NCBI RefSeq assembly: GCF_963921235.1
Contig: NC_086097.1
Location: 86,182,001 to 86,246,000 of the forward strand
Length of the DNA: 64,000 nucleotides
DNA from: Mobula hypostoma
Lineage: Eukaryota
Reading direction: 5' to 3'
The position numbers were made by a program, and so were the translations under genes. A model generated the notes under the pieces. The model was not told the origin of the DNA, did not search any database, and saw only the letters and a program-made list of their open reading frames with translations. Positions within the stretch are counted from its first letter, which is position 1; each line of letters opens with the position of its first letter. Positions 26,521-37,954 of the stretch are shown here, one piece after another.

Positions 26521-26759
26521 TGTGTAATGGTGATTTTTTTGTGTGGCTTTGTCAGCCCTCATGCAAGAGTTTACGGTGACAAAGTCCCATGTCCATTGTG
26601 TTCCTTTACATCTCTGCAAGATGTAGAATGATCAAGATGTTAAAGATCACGGTATGCAATGTTAACGTGAACTGTATAAAAATGCTGCGAATTGCGACCG
26701 ATTCCATAATTCTGAACCTCGTAAACAAATGCTGATATATGTTGAATGTAAGTCACCAA

Positions 26760-27040
26760 CGTCTTAGACAGTCCATCAAGGTTGGGGTAACTTCAGTTCT
26801 GTAGGCTATGAGATGGCTGATGAGGCCAATACTGAATGTCCAGACAGTTACACAGTTGGGCCAGGGATGTCTGATAGGGAGGTAGGTGGACAGTTTGGGA
26901 AGTAGTGTTCTCCATCTATTTTTTGTGCTAGGTGCCCAAAAAAAATGGGCTTGAGTTTCTCAATGCCGTACTGAATGCTCCTTCCCCATTCCCAGAGGTC
27001 ATGAGTGAGGAATCTGGGATTCTCATGAGTTAGCAGGGAT
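26760..27040 (-). mobile_element. Old RTE LINE 3' fragment
   Basis: ATGGCTGATGAGGCCAAT...CACAGTTGGG and CTGAATGCTCCTTCCCCA motifs shared with 53830-54385. Confidence 0.5.
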
Positions 27041-27333
27041 AGAACATAGAAATCTACAGCACATTACAGGTCCTTCAGCCCACTTGTTGTGCCGACAATG
27101 TAACCTACTCTAGAAACTGCCTAGAATTTCCCTACTGCATAGCCCTCTATTTTTCTAAGCTCAATGTACCTATCTAATAGTCTCTTAAAATACTTTATTG
27201 TATCCACCAGCTACCACCATCGCTGGCAGTACATTCCATGCACCCACCACTCTGTGTGTAAAACTTACCTCAGGCATCCCCTCTGTACCTACTTCCAAGC
27301 ACTTTAAAACTATGTACCCTCGTGTTAGCCATT
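27041..27333 (-). mobile_element. CR1 3' tail, related to 4411-8058
   Basis: AGAACATAGAAATCTACAGCACATTACAGG...CATAGCCCTCTATTTTTCTAAGCTC, colinear with 4415-4700. Confidence 0.85.
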
Positions 27334-28489
27334 TACATGTTACACATTTCTAAGGGAATTTGAGAACACCCTTTAATGATTTCCTCGGTTTGCCTGGTAA
27401 TATTTTCCCATAATGGAGATTAGAATAAATTATTTGTTTCCAGTATCTGGAATTGGACATGCAGATTATCTGGTTGCTTATCGTGAGAAAGAAATTAATG
27501 AGGTTCGTTAGTTTTGTATTGAAATAGATAGAATTGCTTATTAACAATTCACAAAATGTCATTACAATCCTGAAGTCCTAAACAGATTTGACTTATTCAG
27601 CCAATGTAAATCATAGTTGTAACCCTATATCCCAGTCATCTTCACCAATAAAACTCCAGGAATCCCACGAGATAAGCAATGTTTGATTTATTCAGTAGAG
27701 ACCCTAAAATAAATGCATTCATCATCTTTACTTTAGTAGATAGCCTCTGTTCAATGCTGATGTGCTTTATGAATCAATCTGTGACCAACTAAGTTATGCA
27801 GAACTATACACTGTACATAAAACAACAGCTGGAGTATTGCCATACATCAATACATTTCATTGAGCTTTGTATAATTTTCCTATTTTCGTGATAATTGTAT
27901 TGCCATAGCACCCATCAGTTACAATACCATAGTTCACCTAAATAATAAACTGCATTTTCTGTGAAGATGAAGCGTAATGCACAATATAAATAGTCTCTTT
28001 GATAACTTACATTCAAAGACCTAGATATTCTATTGCACGTGTTTTCAAAATTTTTACTGATAAGTTAGTCCTAAATGTGTATCGCAGAATTGTAAGGTGA
28101 TCTTCAATGTCTCTGTTGCTCAAATGCAAGATATAGCCACGTTAATTAGCTTATAATGAATGATTTATGTCACTGTTATGAAATCCAGTCACATGCATAT
28201 AATTTAAGAATGGTGCAGACCATAAATTCAGGAGCAGCCTCTTAATAGGCCTCGGATCTTTGAATTGGCTAGAGCAACAATCCTTTCGATTGAATTATGG
28301 GTCCCCAATGATGACTATCTTTCAAGATTTAGCTTGAGGTGCCTAACAAGCATAACACCTTCCCTAGGAGCCTGGTTGTTATAGCACAATGTTCTGTCAG
28401 TTTTTAGAGGAATGTGGTGGTCACCTCCATAAATACTTCCCTTACTATTCAACCTCAACCATCACTGCAGAGCAGATATATTCCTCTAC

Positions 28490-29035
28490 AGTTGGCTTAT
28501 GTGGGTCTAATGTGGATAAATCCCCCAGAGCTGCAATGGAAGAGAATGCCAGTGTGTATGGCTGTGATTTTGAAACCCTTTTTCTGGACACGTGTGAGGT
28601 ACGACATGACTGGAGGACAACAGATCTTTTTCAAGAAAGGCAGCCAGGAAAAGCCTGGTAACTATAGGCCCAAGTCTCTAGCATCAACTGTGAGGAAATT
28701 ACTGAAGAAACTTCTGAGTAAGAAGATAAATAATCGCTTGTACGGACTAATCAGAGATAGCTAGTTTATTTGACAAGGCCAGATCCTGTCTGAGCAATTG
28801 GATATATTTCTTTTAAGAGAATAATAAAATGGGTTGATGAGGGCAGGGCAGTAAATGTGATTTATTTGGACTTTGGTAAGGCCTTTGACTGGGACAGGCC
28901 TTTGACATGGAAGACTTGTTCAAAACGTAAGGGCAATGGGATCCTGAACAAGATGGTAAACTGGATCCAAAAGTAGCCGAGCAATAGGAGGGTAATAGCA
29001 GAGGATTGTTTTTGCAATCAGATGTCTATAAATAA
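28490..29035 (+). mobile_element. Old CR1 RT fragment
   Basis: VDKSP, KPGNYRP, VDEGRAVNVIYLDFGKAFD remnants. Confidence 0.75.
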
Positions 29036-29261
29036 CAGTGTAATAGTTTATTATCGTCACATGTACAGACTTAGATTAAAAGCTTTTGTTTTGTACATAA
29101 TCTGGATTTATCATGCCATGCACAAAGTAAGTACATCAAGATAACAGAAAGAGAACAAGACTAAGATCAGCAAGACCAAAGAGATGATTGTGAAATTCAG
29201 GAAGGGTAAGACGACGGAACACAAACCAATTCTCTTTAGAGGTATCAGAGGAGGAGAGAGG

Positions 29262-29280
29262 ACTTCCGGTTAAGATGGCG
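29262..29280 (+). promoter_or_regulatory. L1 internal promoter motifs: ETS-type ACTTCCGG plus YY1-type AAGATGGCG
   Basis: Both consensus motifs lie adjacent at the exact 5' end of the L1. Confidence 0.6.
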
Positions 29281-29398
29281 ATCGTTTAGCCACTTAAAGC
29301 TGTCACTCAGTTTTATTTCTTATCTCCACACTTCTTTGCTTTTTTCACTCCAGATTAAAAAAAAATTTCCCCCTGCCTGCGAATACGCCTGTCTTACA

Positions 29399-30203
29399 AT
29401 GGCTTCAAAGACCACCAAATCAGAGAAAAAGGAAGTTCCTGCGGCTGGTTCCTCTGCTGAGATAGTTTCCATTTTGGAACAGCACCGACAAGATACAGTA
29501 TCCGAGCTTAAGTCTGAATTTAAGACTTCTTTTGGTTCGTTGGAATCCAAATTAGATCAAATTAATTCCAAAGTGGAAGCTCATGCTAAAAGTCTTCTCG
29601 AGTCTGCGACCAATGACTTAAAATGTCGCTTTCACGATTTGGAAACCATTTGCTCCAGCTTGAGGGATTATAACAGCAAGTTAATATCCAAAGTTACGGA
29701 TCTGGAAGGTCGGAGCAGAAGTCAAAATTTACGAATCTTCGGTTTGCCGGAGGCTATCGAAAGTGGACCTCCAGTTGAATTTTTCTCTACTTTACTTTGA
29801 GAGATTTTTGGGAATGATATTCTTCCGACCCACCTGAGTTAGACAGAGCTCACTGTACTTTTACGTCTAAGCTGGAATCGGGCCATAGGCTACGCCCAGT
29901 AATTCTGTTTTCATCGCTATAAGGTGAAAAAACTTTTGATTATGGAAGCACATCGGAGAGGAAACTTGGAGTACAAAGGTCAATCTATCTGTATTATCGA
30001 GAATTATGCTCCCCAAGTTCTGAGTCTACATGCCGAATATAAAGAAGTCATGAAAGAGTTCTACAATCGTGGACTCAGGCCCTCTCTGTGTTTTCCAGCT
30101 CATCTTGCTACTGGAGAATAAAGGTGTTTTAACACGGTTACAGAAGCTCAGAAATTTATCAAAAGTTACCCTGCTACTTCTATTTCCTCAGATTTCGGTT
30201 TGA
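29399..30203 (+). pseudogene. L1 ORF1p (coiled coil plus RRM/CTD), broken
   Basis: MASKTTKSEK..., heptad coiled coil, DLEGRSRSQNLRIFGLPE, later RPSLCFPAHL; stops and frameshifts. Confidence 0.9.
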
Positions 30204-30730
30204 TTAGTTAAAATGATAGACAAGTACTTTTTTTTCTTCATTTTTTTTCTGATCATTCTTTTTCAGTGAATTTTTTTCATAGCTTCTCGTGGGTAGGTTA
30301 CTGGGTAAAGTTTGTTTATGTGTTTCTTAGTTCATATCTTTTCTTTTGGACTATTACTTTGAGTTAAGCTTAATACATTTTGGTGGAATTGTTTTTCTTT
30401 TCTATAAGTATAATTCTAATTTTTAGTGTGTAATTTTTCTGGTTTTTGAATTGTTAACAAATGGAGCTTATGTTGTTGTTAAGAACCTGGAAGTTGAGTT
30501 TTGGGTGGGTTTTTTTTTGAAGAGGTTGCTGCTGATCTTAGGTAGTTTTCTTGCTGTGGGATTTTTTGGGGGGGATCTCTATTGTCAATAGCATTTATAG
30601 AATCTTTAGTTATTCTTTGTTATTCAGGACATATTTCTGTCCTGATTCTCCTGTTTTATTTTTTTTGCCCCAGAGCTGTTGTTTGTTTGTTTGATTTTGC
30701 TCATACCTACTACTCCCCATGTTTTTTTAA

Positions 30731-33700
30731 ATGACAATGGTTAGTCTATTGAATTTTATAAGCTGGAATGTTAAAGGATTGAATCATCCTATTAAAAGAA
30801 GGAGGGTATTTTCACATCTTAAGCAGCTTAATGCTGCAATTGCTTTTTTGCAAGAAATGAACATTCGTAGTTCTGATAATTCCCATCTCATGTTGAGATG
30901 GGTGGGGCAGCACTTCCATTCTACTTTTCTGGCTAAAGCCAGGGGTGTCTCTATTCTTATAAATCAAAATGTTTCTTTTGAGCTTCACAACAAAGTATCT
31001 GATACAAATGGTTATTTTATTATTGTTTCTGGGAAATTGTATAATACTAGGGTAGTCTTGGCTAACCTGTATGCTCCCAATTCGGATGATGTGGAGTTTT
31101 TTGATTTTTTTTCTCTTTATTGCCTGACCTGAGCTTATATTCTCTTATGCTGGGCAGTGATTTTAACTGTTAGTTAGATCCAGTTATGGATCGATCGTCC
31201 TCTGTTCCTAGACTACCAAGTAAATCTGGTTTATCAATTCAGTCTTTCCTTTCTAATTATGGTATCTCTGATGTTTGGTGTTTTTTTCATCCAAGTGAAA
31301 GAGATTACTCTTTTTTTTTCACATGTCCACCATACTTTTACTAGAATTGATTATCTTTTAATCTGTAATCTGCTGATTCCATTCGTTCGCTCTTGTGATT
31401 ATCAGAGTATATTGATTTCAGATCATGCCCCAGTTACCCTGTCCATATTTCTTCCTGGTCTCCCTCAAATGAATAAACATTGGCGTTTTAATCCAACCTT
31501 GTTGTCGGATAATGATTTTGTAAAATTTATGAAGGATCATATATCTTTTTTAAAGATATTAACGTGTCATCTGAAACCTCAACTCAGGTTGTCTGGGATG
31601 CTATTAAAGCATATCTAAGGGGTCAAATAATTTATATACTGTGAATTTGAAAAGAAAGACCTATACAGAGTGATTAGATCTGGTCAATCAAATTAAAGTA
31701 ACAGATCAACTATATGCTCAGACCAAAAGTCCGGAACTGTACAAGAAGCCAGTGGAACTTCAAACTAAGTTTGACCTTATTTCCACTCATCCAATTGAAC
31801 GCCAGCTTCTCGAAAGTAAGAGCTGGTTTTATATTCACGGTGATAAATCCGGTAAATTTTTAGTCAATCAACTAAGACTCTCTAAAGCTGAACAACAAAT
31901 TACTAAAATTCAAATGGGAAATGGAAACATTACCTTGAATCATTCTGAAATCAATGATATATTCAAGAATTATTATTCTTGACTCTACTCCTCTGACTCT
32001 TTAAATGGTAATTTTCTGTCAAGCATTTCTTAAGTAGTTTAAATATTCCTTCACTTTCTCCTGATCTCAAAGCAAAACTTAATGAGCCATTATTAGAGGA
32101 AATATCTTTATTCATTTCTGCACTGCAGTCTGGTAAATCTCCTGGACCTGATGGGTTCTCTGTAGAATTCTATAAATCATTTTCCTCACTGCTTTTGCCT
32201 CAATTAACCTTAGTTTTACCCGATTAGTTTTAAAAAACATGGTCAGTTGCCAGCATCATTTAATGAGGCAAGTATCATTCTTTTAGCAAAAAAAGGCAAA
32301 GATCCAACAGAGTGTTCCTCATATAGGCCGATTTCTTTGTTAAATGTTGATGTTAAGATTTTGGCTAAAGTTTTGGCTCGTAGATTGGAGAACATTGTAC
32401 CCTCAATTATTTCTGAGGATCAAACTGGTTTTATTAAAAATTGCCTCCCCTTTTTCAATATGCGGTGTCTATTTGATATCTCGTATTCACCTTCAGTTGG
32501 AACTCCTGAGTGTGTCATCTCTTTTGACGCGGAAAAAGCGTTTGATCGTGTGGAGTGGAATTATCTTTTTACGGTTTTAGAAAAATTTGACTTTGGACAA
32601 AGTTTTATTACATGGATTAAATTGCTATATGCATGTCCCACTGCCTCTCTTTTGACTAATTCTCAGCAATCCCAACCTTTTAACTTTAAACGTAGCACCC
32701 GACAAGGGTGCCCTTTAAGCCTCCTACTTTTTAATCTGGCCATAGAGCCATTGGCGATTGTGTTTTGTAGCTGCATTGAATTGATGGGGATTTGGAGGGG
32801 GGATGTTGAGCATAAAGTTTTTCTTTATGCTGATGATCTTTTACTTTTTATATCAAATCTGACTATCTCCTTACCCCCAGTGTTTTCACTACTTAATAAA
32901 TTTAGTCAGTTTTCTGGATACAAACTTAATTTACACAAGACCGAACTTTTCCCAATTAACAGAGAAGCATAAATATTAGAACTTCATAACCTCCCTTTTA
33001 AAGTAGTATATAATCAATTCACTTACCTTGGTATTACAGTAACAAGGAACTTTAAGCATCTTCTTCGTGAAAATTTTACTAATCTTTTAAATCATACAAA
33101 ACAGAGTTTGGCACACTGGTCACCTCTGTCCATGTTTCTGGTAGGTCAAATTAATGTTGTTAAAATGTATATCCTTCCTAAATTTTTATACTTATTCCAA
33201 TCTTTACCAATTTTTATTTCTAAAGCTTTTTTTGATTCGTTAGATTCTATTATTCCGTCCTATCTATGGAAGGGCAAATGTCTCAGACTTAATAATGTTC
33301 ACCTTCAAAAACCTAAAAGGGAAGGTGGTATGGCCATGCCCAATTTTTGTTTTTATTGCTGGGCAGCCAATATTCGCTGCCTTACTTTTTGGTCTTTCTT
33401 TCATAATCAGTCTGACTGCCCAAAATAGGTGGCAATGGAGTTGAACTCCTACAAGGATTTCTCCATTTCCGCACTTCTTGGATCTGCACTTGCATATCAT
33501 TTGCCTAAACTAATTATTAATCCTCTCATTAGATGTACTCTGAGAATATGGGCTCAGTTCAGAAAACATTATGGTCTCTATGGTTTTTCCCTCACTAGTC
33601 CTATCTTTCATAATCATATTTTCTGACCTTCCATGCAAGACTTAACATTTCATGATGGGTACAGAAAGGGCATCAGGCATTTTGAAGATCTTTTCATGGA

Positions 33701-34508
33701 CAATTGTTTTGCAACTTTTGAACAACTGTCTGCAAAGTTTAACCTACCTAATACTCACTTCTTTAGATATCTTCAAATTAGACATGTTGTTATCCCTTTA
33801 ATACCAAATTTTCCTGAGATGCCTGGAAAAAATGTTGTGGACTTGTTTCTTTGTATAAACCCATTGGGTAAAGGTCTAATATCTACTATTCGTGATAAGT
33901 TAGCGACCTTGAGTCGTGCCTCCTTTGATAAAATTAGAACTGCTTGGGAGCGTGATTTAAATATTTCTTTGTCTGACGAGGTTTGGGATTCAATACTTAA
34001 GTCAGTTAACTCAACCTCTTTATGTGCTCACCACTGCCTGTTGCAGTTCAAAGTTGTACACAGGACTCACATATCTAAAGGCAAATTATTGTGGTTCTAT
34101 TCTGATATTAGTCCCTTTTGAGACAAATGTATAGTGAGCGAGGCTTCTCTTATCCACATGTATTGGGCTTGTCCCAGTTTGGAGAAATTTTGGAGAGATG
34201 TCTTTTTAACTTTATCCCATATCCTTAATTTCCATTTAGAACCCAACCCATTGATTGCCCTTTTTAGCATTTTGGGTGAAGTTGACACGCATTTGAGTCC
34301 GACTAAATGGCGAACATTGTCTTTTGCCTCTCTTTTGGCTAGACGTTTAGTTCTTCCTAGGTGGAGAGATGTTGCCCCCTCCCACTCATGCTCAACGGTG
34401 TAGAAACATTATGTCCCGCTTAGACCTTGAAAGGATTCATTATTCACTTCTTAATTCGGACATAAAGTTTCATAAGGTGTGGGGACCGTTACTTGAGTAT
34501 TTTTAGAA
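30731..34508 (+). pseudogene. L1 ORF2p (APE endonuclease, RT, CCHC), broken
   Basis: SWNVKGLN, AFLQE, RIDY, SDHAP; YRPISLLN, DAEKAFDRVEW, RQGCPLS, LYADD; SLIHMYWACP. Confidence 0.92.
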
Positions 34509-36049
34509 CTCCTCTTCAGATGCAAGGTTTATCTTCCTTTTTCTTTCAGTGATTTAGTCCCTTACATCCAGCTTTCTTTTCTGATTAATTTTTATGGTTT
34601 TTTTTATGATGTGAAACATATTACAGTTTTGGTAGTAGGCAATACACTTTTTTTTATATTCACAGCTCTGTGGCAACAAAAGCTGTGATTAACTTTTCTT
34701 TACATTGTAATGGTTGGCTTGGAGTATGTAGTGTGAGGGTGGGGTGGAAACTAACATAATATAATTTTATTTTGGGTGCTTTTTCTTTACTGTTATCAAT
34801 TGTACATCAGACATGTTGGTTTTGCGCTGTATATTCTCCTTTTTGTTGGTGGGTTTTTTTGTTCCAATGTAGAAATTCATAAAGAAATTAAAAATTAATT
34901 TAAAAAAAAGAATTGGAGAGAGAGAGCAGTTTCAAGTTCCTGGGTGTCAATATCTCTGAGGATCTAACTTGGACACAACATACTGATGCAGCTATAAAGA
35001 AGGCAAGGCAGCGGCTATATTTCATTAGGAGTTTGAGAAGATTTAGTTTGTCAACTGAAACACTCGAAAACTTCTACAAATGTACCATGGAGAGCAATCT
35101 GACGGGCTGCATCACCATCTGGATGAGGGGAGGGGGTGTGCTACTGCACAAGATCGAATTAAGTTGCAGAAACTTGTAAAATTAGTCAGCTCTATCATGG
35201 GTACTAGTCTTCATAGTATCCTGGACATCTTCACGGAGCGGTGCCTGAAGAAGACAGTGTCCATCACTAAGGATCTCTACCATCCAGGACATGCCCTCGG
35301 GAAGGAGGTACAGAAACCTGAAGGCACACACTCAGCGATTCAGGAACAGCTTCTTCCCCTCTGCCATCCAACTTCTAAATGGACATTGAACCCATGAACA
35401 CGATCTCACAACTATTTTATTTCTGTCCTTCTGTACTATTTATTTTAACCTTAACTATTTAATAGATATATAAATATAATGTAATTCAGTTTTTGTTCTC
35501 TATATTTATTTATCATGTATTTCATTGTACTAAGATTACAATTCATGACATAAGCCAGTGGTATTGAATCTGATTCTGAAAACGAGATGTAGAATATTGT
35601 GCTGCAGTGGCACAGAAAGTGCACTGCAGGTCGACACATAAAGAGCTGAGCCATGATGAGGTAGATTAGAATATCAATTTATCTTTTGGTCGGTGAGAGA
35701 TCTATTCAAGAGTCTGAAAACAGTAAGATAGAAGCTCTCCTAGAGTCTGAAGAACTCATACTCTCAGACTTTTATATCTTCTGCAGAGGAGAGGAGAGAA
35801 TAGAACATGGCCAGGATGGAGGCTGGTACTTGATCAGTTGGCAGCTTTCCTGAGGCAGCAGGAATTGAGGTTGGAGTCAGTGGAGAGAAGGCTTGGTTTG
35901 TGAGATGGGCCGGGTTCTAACCACAGCTCTCAGCAATTTCTTATGGTCTTGGGCAGAACAGTTACCGTATCCAGCTGTGATACTTCCTGATAGGATTCTT
36001 TCCAAGGTGCATCTGTAAAATTTGGTAACAAATTAGAGACAGGCTGAAG

Positions 36050-36435
36050 TTCCTTCCACTTCTGTGGAATCCAATGATTATGTGTCCCAGAAGATTCAGT
36101 GCTTGGAACTTGGTGGTTTGTAATACATGAAAAAAATGTGCGAGGCATGATTTGCAGATTATTGGCAGAGCTGTTGATAGTGTGCAAGGTAGTCTTAGTG
36201 TGCAGAGATAGGAATATGTTGGTAAAATTGGCTAAAATATGGCAGATGGAGCTTAATCCATATAAGTGAGAGGAAATGCATTTTAGGAGTATAAATGAAG
36301 TTAGAACAGGTATCATGAATGCAGGGGCTCAGGGGATAATCAGGAACAGAGGATCCTTGCAGTACAAATCTATAGGTCATTCAAAGTGGCAATAGATTGA
36401 TAGATTGTGTGGTTGGAAAGCATATGGGATGCTGC
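36050..36435 (+). mobile_element. Old CR1 RT/3' fragment
   Basis: VPEDSVLG, FADY, WQMELNP remnants. Confidence 0.6.
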
Positions 36436-36439
36436 ATAC

Positions 36440-37745
36440 AGCAGATGTAGCATTTCTCTTACTTCCAGGTATATGTGCCAGGAGGGAGATTACTGGGGAG
36501 GGATGAATAGATAAGGGAATCAACAAGGTAGCAATCTGTTCAGAAAGCGGAGAGTGAGAGGGAAAATAAAGATGTATGTGGTGGTAGGATCCCATTGAAG
36601 ATGGCAGAGGTTGTGGAGGATGACGTGTTAGAATCGAAGGTTCATGGGGTGGTAGGTGAGGATAAGGGGAAATCCATCTCTGTTGTGGTAGTGGGAAGAT
36701 GGGTTGAGCATGGATGTCCAGGAAATGTAGGAGATTTGGGTGAGAGCAGCATCAATGGTGGAGGAAGGGAAACCCCATTCTTTGAAGGAAGAGAACATCT
36801 CTGTTGTCCTGGAAAGCAAAGCTTCATCCTGGGAACAGATGTGGCAGAGATAAAGAAACCGAGGAAAGGGAATAGCACTCTTACAGGAGATAGGGTGGGA
36901 AGAGATATAGTCATGATTCCTGTGGGAATCAATGGCTCATAAAAGATAAAACATAGACTGGGCAGTCTATGAATTGTCTGTGTTCCAAGCCTTCCATGGA
37001 AACGCTCCCCAACTCTTTCTGCGTTATGGTGACAACTGTGTTGGTGCTGCTGCATGCACCCAGGTGGAGTTCATCATTTTCATCAACTTTTCCTCCAACT
37101 TCCACATTGCCCTTAAATTCATTCAGTCTATTTCTGATACTGCTCTCCCCTTTCTCAATCTCTGTTCTCAACTCTGGAGACAAACTATCTTTGAGACGGA
37201 GACAGAGAGATTGAGAAAGGGGAAAGCAGTATCAGAAATAGACTGAATGAATTTAAAGGCAGTGTGGAAGTTGCAGGCAAACCTGATAATGAAAATGATG
37301 AGTTCCACATGGGTGCATGAAACAACGTCAATACAGTTGTCACTGTAATGCAGAAAGAGTTGGGGAGCGTTTCCAGGGAAGGCTTGGAACACAGACAATT
37401 CATAGACTGTTCAGTCTATGTTTTACCTTTTATGAGCCATGGATTCCCACTGGAATCATGACTATATCTCTTCCCACCCTATCTCCTGTATAAGTGCTAT
37501 TCCCTTTCCTCAGTTCCTTCGTCTCTGCTACATCCATTCCCAGGATAAAACTTACCTATCCATGACAACAGAGATGTTCTCTACCTTCAAAGAATGGGGT
37601 TTCCCTTCCTTCAGAAAACACTGACTGTTCCACATAGCCAATGAAAAGGCAGGCATAGGTGGGGCCCTTGTGGGTGCCCATGGGTACCCCTTGAGTCTGG
37701 AGAAAGTGAGAGGAAGCAAAGAAGAAATTGTTGAGGCTAAGGGCC
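36440..37745. mobile_element. Penelope-like RT region scrambled by multiple inversions (~400-bp inverted repeat 36762-37164 / 37203-37610)
   Basis: Minus LNNF..SSHFLQTQGVPMGT..GPTYACLFIGYVEQS (37745-37622); PQLFLRYGDNC (YIDD motif) on both strands; DSHWNHDYISSHP...IPFPQF; RDGFPLILTYHP. Confidence 0.9.
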
Positions 37746-37746
37746 A

Positions 37747-37808
37747 GTACACGTACACGTACATGTACACGCGCACACACGCACACACACACACATGCAA
37801 GCACACGC
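37747..37808. repeat. (CA)n/(ACGTAC)n microsatellite
   Basis: Direct inspection. Confidence 0.8.
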
Positions 37809-37954
37809 TCTTGGTTCTTTTTTATGATCTTACAAAGTGGATACTCCAAAAGATAGTAGCCAAATTCATAAAATCTTTGACCACACAGCATGCTACATAC
37901 AGCCTTTGTCCACAGGTAGTACCTGAACTTAGGCCTAAAAAGGTTCCAAGTTCA

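Larger units (their letters stand above)
29261..34909 (+). mobile_element. Full-length (~5.65 kb) fish-type L1 retrotransposon, inactivated
   Basis: 5' GACTTCCGGTTAAGATGGCG; ORF1; T-rich inter-ORF spacer; ORF2 EN-RT-CCHC; G-rich 3' UTR tract; A-rich tail; flanks AGAGGAGGAGAGAG (29247) / AGAATTGGAGAGAG (34909), 11/14 TSD. Confidence 0.95.
29160..35580 (+). mobile_element. Rex1/Babar LINE 3' part split by L1 (own sequence ~29160-29260 and ~34910-35580)
   Basis: SKTKEMIV...; resumes ERESSFKFLGVNISEDL...KKARQRLYFIRSLRRF...FYKCTMES; tail ATCTGATTCTGA. Confidence 0.85.
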
